A program made the position numbers and the translations under genes. From Octopus vulgaris (taxonomy: Eukaryota), in contig OX597834.1 of assembly GCA_951406725.2 (NCBI GenBank), positions 14,880,001 through 14,944,000 on the forward strand: 64,000 bases of DNA, written 5' to 3'. The notes under the pieces are model-generated. The model did not search any database, was not told the DNA's origin, and saw only the letters and a program-made list of their open reading frames with translations. This document shows, in pieces, positions 54,637-64,000 of the stretch (positions within the stretch are counted from its first letter, which is position 1; every line of letters starts with the position of its first letter).

Positions 54637-55129
54637 GTATGTAGGTAGGTAAATGTATACGTGTGTATTTGTTGGCGTTTGTTCGTAGAATATAGCTTTT
54701 GTTAATTTGCATTTCAATGTCTCTGTATCCCGCCTTTGTTTGTCGTAAGTAAAGAAATGGAGGGAAAATCCACTGTAGATTGTAAATGGTAAGATAGACA
54801 GGAACCCAGTTTATAAAAGACAATGGAATAAATAATTTTTGCAAAGAGTATGAAAAATATACCGCCCATATAGAAATACACACTGATATAAATACGCATA
54901 TACCTATAGAATTTCATACGTATACATGTATACTTATATGTACGTATGCATGTGCGTATGTATAAGATTACAAAATACATTTTATATATATGTATGTATA
55001 AAGTATGGTTGTATGTATGTTTTTTTCAAAAAGTACTTCATGAATGACAAAAATATAATTTTTAGTATACAATCTGACGCAAATACCTGATAATGAAATA
55101 CGGAATGCCAGAGATATCGAGTATATATA

Positions 55130-55605
55130 TATATGTGTGTGTGAGTGTGTGTGTGTGCGTGTATGAATGCGTGTGTGTGTATATTTTTGGGTGTGTGTAT
55201 ATGCATGTATGCATGTAAGTATATATGTATATATGCATGTGTGTATGTGTGTGCGTGTATGAGTGTGTGTGTATATATATTTATGTGTGTGTATGTATAT
55301 GCATGTATGCATGTATGTAAGTATGTATGTATGTGTGTATGTGTGTATGTGTGTGTGCGTGTATGAGTGTGTGTGTGAGTGCGTGTGTGTGTGTGTATAT
55401 TTATGTGTGCGTATGTTTATGCATGTATGCTGTATGTAAATATGTATGTACATATGTATGTGTATGTATGTGTGTATGAGTGTGTGTGTGAGAGAGAATG
55501 TGTGTTTGTCTGTGTGTGTGTGTGTGTGTGAGTATGTGTGTGTGCGTGTATGAGTGTGTGTGTGATTGTGTGTGTGTGTGTATGTGCGTGTGTGTGTACG
55601 TATGT
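55130..55605. repeat. Degenerate (TG)n/(TATG)n region
   Basis: Direct reading. Confidence 0.93.
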
Positions 55606-56216
55606 ATTTACCATGAACAAAAGAAAAGTTAAATGTCATTTTAGAATTCGAGAGATTGCGGGAAGCGAATGAAAACATAATGGCGTCTGCAAGAGGGAAG
55701 TCTTTATTGTATGGAAGAGCATTAATCGAATAAAACGAGATATATGAAAGGAAAGAGGAATGAACAAGCGCCGTGTGGCTTTAAAGACAAGATTCAATTC
55801 TATCTATATCGTCTTTATATTCTGGAGAATTATATTAGCTGATAATATTCATTAGTTATCTCCCTTGCTTGTCGCTGTGAGATATTAAGCAAATCTAGAA
55901 TTTTCTTCTTTTTTTTTCTATGTATTAGCATTGTCCCCTCTGCTCTCATGCTGATATTATGCGTGTGTGTGTTATTACGTGTTATTATCTCTCATCTGTT
56001 TCTCTAGATAATTGATGTCAACTAAATTGTGGCAAGTGATGCGAGGGTGTTTTGTCGAGGAATTGTAACAGGAACGAAACATGTCGCCTTTAAAATGAAG
56101 TTTGATTCAAAGTTGGGTCATTCAAATGCTTTGTCTGTACTTTCTGAAAATATGAAAGGTATATATCTGTGTGAACGAAAGTTAGTGTGTGTCTATATTC
56201 ATACATACATATATGT

Positions 56217-56585
56217 GGAGGCGCAATGGCCCAGTGGTTAGGGCAGCGGACTCGCGGTTTCGATTCCCAGACCGGGCGTTGTGAGTGTTTATTGAGCGAA
56301 AACACCTAAAGCTCCACGAGGCTCCGGCAGAGGATGGTGGTGATCCCTGCTGTACTCTTTCGCCACAACTTTCTCTCACTCTTACTTCATGTTTCTGTTG
56401 TACCTGTATTTCAAATGGCCGGCCTTGTCACTCTCTGTGTCACGCTGAATATCCCCGAGAACTACGTTAAGGGTACACGTGTCTGTGGAGTGCTCAGCCA
56501 CTTACACGTTAATTTCACGAGCAGGCTGTTCCGCTGATCGGATCAACCGGAACCCTCATCGTTGTAACCGACGGAGTGCTTCCAC
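56217..56585 (+). mobile_element. SINE family C, tail type 2
   Basis: Same head and body as 40451-40635 but an unrelated 3' tail. Confidence 0.9.
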
Positions 56586-57044
56586 ATACATATATGTATC
56601 AAATAAAATTTAAAAAAACAGAACACAAAGGATGTCGCAGTACACGTGGTACATCCTCTGTGTTCTGTTTTTTTTATTTCATTTGATACATATACCCTCT
56701 CACCTCTGCTACTAGCTGGCATATACAGGTGCTTACATTTATCAAGTATTCACCCTGAATTTATTGTACCTACCGTTCATACATACATATGTATATGTGT
56801 ATGTGTGTCTATATGTGTATGTGAATGAGTATATTAATACACACACATAAACTCGTATGTAGATATATGTGTTTGTATATGTGCGTCTGGGCATCTGTGG
56901 CTATATATATGTATATATTGATATGTATATATGTCATTATTCAGTTTTATTTCAAGATTTGTTGCCAATAAGGAAGGAGCCGGTTTCTAACCTAGATTCC
57001 GGTTCATTGGAATTTCAACACAAACAACATTTTATTTTTTACTT

Positions 57045-57535
57045 TTGTATGTATGTATGAATGCATGTATGTATGTATGTATGTATGTATGTATGAATGT
57101 ATGTATGTATGTATGTATGTATGTATGTATGTATGTATGTATGTATGTATGTATGTATGTATTCATGTATGTATGTATGTATTCATGTATGTATGTATGC
57201 ATCTATGTATGTGTGTATGTATGTATGCATGTATGTATGTATGTATGTATGAATGCATGTATGTATGTATGTATGTATGCATGTATGTATGTATGTATGT
57301 ATTCATGTATGTATGTATGCATCTATGTATGTATGTATTTATGTATGTATGCATGTATGCATGTATGTATGAATGTATGTATGTATGCATCTATGTATGT
57401 ATGTATGTATTTATGTATGTATGTATGCATGTATGTATGTATGTATTTATGTATGTATTTGTGTATGTATGTATGTATGTATGTATATGTATATATATGT
57501 ATGTATGTATGTATATATGTATGTACATGTATATA
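57045..57535. repeat. (TATG)n tetranucleotide repeat
   Basis: Direct reading. Confidence 0.96.
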
Positions 57536-57750
57536 CAGTTGCGGCCAAAATGTTAGGAACGGCATTGTTTTCGCCAGAAAAGTAGGTATAAGTTTTTATC
57601 AAAGTTGTTTTATATTCTATAATTTTCACACCCAATAAATACAATATTAATTGTTATTGTCTGAGATTTTGGTGGAGGATAATACAAAAGTTATGGATGA
57701 TTTAGTGATTTACTGCAAAACCCATGGCGGCCAAAATGATCAGAACGATT
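57534..57750 (+). mobile_element. Tc1-like transposon left end with IR/DR architecture
   Basis: TA-CAGTTgcggccaaaatgttaggaacg (57534-57561) and inner repeat tggcggccaaaatgatcagaacg (57725-57747). No right end was found. Confidence 0.6.
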
Positions 57751-58892
57751 GCTTTTACTCCGTGTTTTAGTATATTTAACTGGCGAACTATAATGTTTTG
57801 AATTTGTTTACGTGACGGTTAGTTTACTAAACATTAGTAAGAATATCTGCAGTGTACTTTGTTAATATAATGCCACTTACTCCGTTACCAATTCGTCAGC
57901 AGATTATATACAATTAAATTATACAATATATTATACATTTATACATTTATGTAATAAGATTAGAAGCTATCTTATAAATTGCCTCTAATTTTATTTGTCT
58001 CAGATTTACTGGGATTAATCAACTGATATTTAGAACTACAGCGAAAATTAAACCTCTGATCATTAAAAGTGAAAAAACCCATTCGGCGAAACAATTCATC
58101 TCTTCAATATTTTAATCTATTTTAAGTTTTCAGACTCTGAGCTTAATCTTCAGCGTATGAAATTGTGCTTGGTGCCATCTCTTTTATTAATGTTCGTATT
58201 ATTAGCAATAACTGGCAAGAATTATTTGTAGCTCACGCTTCCACAGCTGTGATATTACTAGTTTTTACATTATGAAGCTAAAAATCAGATTGAATTCCGT
58301 TAGAAAATCCAGTAGCATTCCTTAGGGAGCATCGAAAATTGTTATCTTTCCATAGGGTAAATCTTTTCATCAAAGCAAAAAATATCTGTGTCTCTCAACT
58401 GGAAATCTATTAACGCCGGGAAATTTTTCGTAACGTGTAAACTAAAGTACCTTTGTACTTTTATTTTCTGGAATAACTTTTGAAAAACATTGATGCGCCG
58501 TTTTATATTTCATGGTGTTCGATTTTTTTTTTTTTTCTTTACTAAGACTTTAAAAACAAATGTTTTCTGGATATTATGGATTGGTTTTCATAAAGAGATT
58601 ATGTCGAAACTCTTCGTTTTCGCTGCCAGCGTTATATGATTGAGGAGTGTTCGACTTGTGAACGCCCCTATATACATATATACAAACACGCACACACACA
58701 CACACACACATATGTATGTACTTAAGTGTATACAGACAGATTGGTAGGTTCCGACATACTTACATTAATGTGGTTATAGAAATATGCAATGTGTATATGT
58801 ATATATATATAATTATAGGTAAGAAAGTATGTATATATATATATATTATAATATATATATATATATATATGCACGTATGTATGTATATATGT

Positions 58893-58956
<64 letters not shown>

Positions 58957-58971
58957 GCATATATATATATA

Positions 58972-59090
58972 TTAGTGCCTTATAAATTAACACACTCACT
59001 GTTAAAATTTCCACTTATTTCTTTCTTTAGTTTTTTAAAAGAAATAAGTGGAAATTTTACCAGTGAGTGTGTTAAATCATAAGGCACTAA
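58972..59090. repeat. Near-perfect 53-bp inverted repeat (58972-59024 / 59038-59090)
   Basis: ttagtgccttat..cacttatttcttt / aaagaaataagtg..ataaggcactaa. Confidence 0.92.
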
Positions 59091-59115
59091 AAGACGACTC
59101 TCCCCAGACAGAACA

Positions 59116-59180
<65 letters not shown>

Positions 59181-59326
59181 TGTGTGTGTCTGTGTTTTGT
59201 CTCCTCAACATCACTTCACAACCGATGCTGGTGTGTTTACGTCCCCGTAAACAATATAGGATAAGTACTAGGTTAACATGGCTGCAGTCACATGACTGAA
59301 ACAAGTAAAAGAATAAAAGTAGAACC

Positions 59327-59380
<54 letters not shown>

Positions 59381-59466
59381 TTATTATTTGAGGGAATAAA
59401 TCCAAACTTACAAGGAAAAAGAATTCAATTTAGAAATACTTAATTAAATTACACACGATATAATGT

Positions 59467-59694
59467 ATATATAAAAAAAATTAGAAAAAAAACACCTTTT
59501 ATCAATTCAAAATGAATAATTAAAGTACAATACCTAATTTTATACCTATTATATACATTATATTATTCTTGTAATTTACTTTATCTTTTCTTTTATTATT
59601 GTTGTTTTATTTTTAACTTTTCTATTATATGTAATTTTCTAGGTGGTGTATTTTGATTATTCATTTTGAATTGATAAAAGGTAGTTTTTTCTTA

Positions 59695-59706
<12 letters not shown>
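59467..59706. repeat. Imperfect inverted repeat of about 68 bp (59467-59535 / 59641-59706)
   Basis: accttttatcaattcaaaatgaataat / attattcattttgaattgataaaaggt core is exact. Confidence 0.88.
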
Positions 59707-59740
<34 letters not shown>

Positions 59741-59799
59741 CGTGAAGGTTTTTCACGCTGACTACTGATAATTTCTTTTAAAGATCTTATCCTCAATTG

Positions 59800-59885
<86 letters not shown>

Positions 59886-59886
59886 G

Positions 59887-60046
59887 TATTCGAGGTGATG
59901 TACAAAACTTCCTGGGTTTAAAGGTATCGCGAAAGACCTGGTTGTTCTTTTACTCCGAATGGTAGTATGTAGCATAAAATCGTAATTAAATGATCCTCTT
60001 GTATTTCCTTTTAGCCAAAGGCGCGCAATTTTGAGCCCTCCTCGTA
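59887..60046. mobile_element. Possible mariner-type MITE relic
   Basis: Ends ta.tcgaggtg..caaaa and ttttgagccctcctcg-ta resemble TA-CGAGG.. mariner TIRs; degenerate. Confidence 0.4.
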
Positions 60047-60289
60047 TATATAATGTTAAATGTTAAAATGAAATATTTAGTGTTAAAATTGGCGATTTGT
60101 TATCCTGTCAAAGCTTCGTTTTCTGTAATTTTTCTGTCAATTTTTTTCCTTCAAGTGGCAATTAGCGAATTCTTTCCCCTCAATTATTTATCGATATATT
60201 CGTCATTGTTATCAGCAATGTCGACATTACGAGAATCATCCTCGTCATCTGCAATTTCCTTTTGATCGCTCGCCCCATCATTTTTGCGC

Positions 60290-60600
60290 GTAAACATCAT
60301 TATTGTTGTATTCTGCCATTATCATCAGCAACAACAGCACCCTCGGCGGCATCAACAACGCCATTATCGTCATCACCTTCTTCATTATCTTCATTACGAT
60401 CGTCATCATCATCACCATCATCATTGTCTTCATGATCGCCATCATCGACGACACCTTTACCCCATCATCAGTATAACCAACACCGCCGCCTCTGTCACCA
60501 CCATCATCATAATCATCATCATCATCATCATTATTATCGTCATCATCATCATCAACGTCGTCATCAACGTCGTCATCAACTTCGCCCACCGTCAGCGTCG
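60290..60600. repeat. Degenerate (CAT)n region
   Basis: Direct reading. Confidence 0.9.
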
Positions 60601-60776
60601 ACACCACAAATATATTGTCATGTATATTGAATACGTTGTTGTCCTTTGATGTTCCCGTGAGGAAATGACGGATAATTGGAAACCTACAGCCATTCAAAGT
60701 CACTAGCACTTTCTCACTCCCGCTCTCACTCTCTTCCTCTCCCTCTCTCTCTTTCTCTTACTCCCTTTCTTTTTCC

Positions 60777-60813
<37 letters not shown>

Positions 60814-61015
60814 ACTCTGGCTCCTTTGCTTGTAGCCTCAGCTTCAAATACAAAGACATTATTTCCTTCATACTAGCTTACCTCTTTCTCTATATCGGTG
60901 CAGGTGTACAGTATATATATATATACATATATAGATATATATTCACACGAATATATATATATACGAATATATATATATATTCGTATATAGTTATACATAT
61001 ATACGAATATATATC

Positions 61016-61130
<115 letters not shown>

Positions 61131-61230
61131 CTCATGCACACCTGCACGTATGCGTGCATGTTTACTTATATATATCTGTGTTTGTATGTGTGTGTATGTA
61201 TAGATGTATATACATGTCTTTGTATACTGA

Positions 61231-61313
<83 letters not shown>

Positions 61314-61575
61314 TATCTATACATATATACATAATTGTGAGCACGTATTCTTGCATATATATTTATGTGTCTGTGAATGTGGTGTGTGTGTGTGTGTGTG
61401 TGTGTATGTGTCTATGTGTTTGTACGTATGTATTCTCTTTCCTTCGCTCTTCTTAACATATACACCACACCATCGAACAGTCCTGCTCACTCCTTCATCC
61501 TCATTAACATCCGATCCATCCTCATCACTCTCTCCCTTTAATCCCTCTGTTTCTGTCTCTCTCTTCTTCCCTTTA

Positions 61576-61719
<144 letters not shown>

Positions 61720-61734
61720 GTATATATGTTTATC

Positions 61735-61805
<71 letters not shown>

Positions 61806-62074
61806 TTCCTTTTCCCAATCACTTTCATTCCGGACTTCTGTCAGCACCTCTGATGTCAAAGTAGAAATTAAGTACGTACTCTACAGTTTTTGCACTTGCA
61901 TAACTAGACATGTTTCTGGTCACGTGTTGCGGAATTCGTCTGAATCTGTTTTCGTGTTCGAAAGAGGATATAGCAAATCAGGTGAAAAAAGAAAGCCGTG
62001 ATAGGTTATTCCAGTGCAGGTAATTATAATGATAATAATGATAATAATAATAATAATAATAATAATATTAATTG

Positions 62075-62730
62075 TTATATTTCGGAATGGTCATATTGCC
62101 AGTTTAGCCAATAAATCTTGCACAACAAATATATAAATAATATTAATAATAATAATAAAATACCCTGATGCTGTACCAGGCAGTGTCACTCATGGCTTCT
62201 GATCTTAACTGATTGGAAGAGTTATCATGTACGTTGATTTGTCTTGGTATAAAAAGATGGGCTACAGCAAATATTCTGCTCAATACCACAGATTTGCTTG
62301 TCAGTTGTTTGACCATAACCAGTTGAGCATGTCCCTTAGTGGCTGACGATATGTGCATCTCTGATCATGAGCAGAAGTAGTGGGGGAGCATCATAGCCGT
62401 GTGCTGAAAGGAATTCTTAGAGGTTTGGATAATTCACCTCTGGAAATATGGGTGGTTCGTTCAACATCCTTAAACAATCCTTATTCGGGGACCTTTTGAG
62501 TAGGATGGGTTACCCGACCAGAAGAAAATTCTTACTGGACCCCCACCTGCAAGGTCATGCGCTGTTTATCTTGATATAAGATCACCATGTCGCGCACATA
62601 TGGTTGTGATGCATGTACCTGGTGTACCCTTATCAGACGGGTAGTCATGATGGGTATTCTAGGCTTCGCATATTTTACACCAGTATCACTTTGATGGCAT
62701 GCACTGCTCTCTCACTCAATAATAATAATA
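62075..62730 (+). mobile_element. Unclassified interspersed repeat embedded in (TAA)n
   Basis: Partial copies at 19222-19440 (-) and 23190-23340 (+); flanked by (AAT)n; no ORF recognised. Confidence 0.75.
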
Positions 62731-62794
62731 ATATTTATTATTATTATTAATATTATTATTATTATTATTATTATTATCATCATCATCATCATCC

Positions 62795-63550
62795 TGGCTT
62801 GGTTAAAAAGAGGCAATTAAAAAAAAAGAAACAGAACTTAAGTTCAGTCGAAGATCAAGCGATTAAAACAAACAATTGAAGAACAAATATATAGCGAGAG
62901 AAAGTGTAAGAAAAATCTAGAGTCTGTGGAGCTTAGAACGAGACAGTGGCACACTTTGTGGAAGAATGCCAAAAATAGGCACGGGAAGAATATAAAGGAC
63001 CATGTTGTAAAAGTTTTACACTGGAAAGTGTTACGGAATGGTGATTTGAAGTTGGAAACACATGGCAAAATCAGTGAGTCGGAAGTGTACTGGAGTCTGG
63101 GAAATATTTTGTGGGACTTTCCAATTCAAACGGACAAGAAATTAGAAAATAGTAGACCAAATATTACAATCATAGATAAGGAAAATCAAGATGTTTATTT
63201 ATCAACCCATCATGCCCTTTTGGTTCCAGATTCGTAATGAAAAAGAAAGAAAAGCAAAATAAAAAATAAAAAACCCTAAAATTTGAAAAAGGAAGAATTT
63301 GAAACATACCAACATTAAAGGTCGTGTTTATAATAAATGGTACGTTTGAAACAGTAGGCCAACATATATATGGCTGAAGGAGCCTAAAATAGAAGGTCCC
63401 GTAAATAGAACTCCTACAGAAGGAGAATCCTAAGCAAGTGAAAGATTGCTGAGGACTTGTGGTTACCTAAGGTTACAGGTAGAAACCTGCTATCCACATA
63501 ATCCCAAGCAGAAATTAGACCGAACTTGAGACAAATCAAAATAATGATAA
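62795..63550 (+). mobile_element. RLE-type non-LTR retrotransposon 3' end (R4/Dong-like), pseudogenised
   Basis: Manual translation SRVCGA*NETVAHFVEECQK*AREEYK (degenerate CCHC knuckle), then HVVKVLHW..ILWDFPIQTDKKLENSRPNITIIDK (restriction-like endonuclease RPD motif); ends at ataatgataat. Confidence 0.85.
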
Positions 63551-63554
63551 TCTT

Positions 63555-63710
63555 TTCTACTATAGGCACAAGGGGACTAGTCGATTACACGATCCCAGTA
63601 TTTCGCTGGTACTTCATTTATCGACCACGAAAGGATGAAAGAGAAAGTCGACCTCGGCGGAATTTGAACTCAGAAAGTAGGGACGGGCGAAATACCCCTA
63701 AGCATTTGGT
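63555..63710 (-). mobile_element. SINE family B, partial
   Basis: Central domain ttatcgacc.cgaaaggatgaaag..aaagtcgacctcggcgg. Confidence 0.88.
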
Positions 63711-63711
63711 G

Positions 63712-63973
<262 letters not shown>

Positions 63974-64000
63974 AACTAATTTTTTTTAGACATTCACTAG

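Overview
Extremely AT-rich, microsatellite-saturated eukaryotic DNA. It is most likely intergenic or intronic DNA of a coleoid cephalopod (Octopus-like); this is inferred from the style of the tRNA-derived SINEs and the (TA)n load. No host protein-coding gene can be supported, and nearly all listed ORFs are simple-repeat artefacts. The window is a mosaic of (i) at least four tRNA-derived SINE families (more than 30 copies or fragments), (ii) relics of RTE, R4/Dong-like, probable L1/Tx1-like and Penelope-like retroelements and Tc1/mariner DNA transposons, and (iii) about a dozen type I hammerhead-ribozyme (HHR) motifs from at least six unrelated sequence families. The HHR motifs share a palindromic stem III, several carry long structured stem II inserts, and they often sit in or beside (TA)n tracts or in inverted repeats. 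One lies downstream of a tRNA-like Pol III head, making it a candidate tRNA-SINE/ribozyme chimera. A second highlight is a pair of homologous orphan ORFs (about 2.3 kb and 31.2 kb). One of them runs straight into a 3' UTR ending in the same tail as SINE family B, suggesting an ORF1-only (HAL1-like) non-autonomous retroposon.
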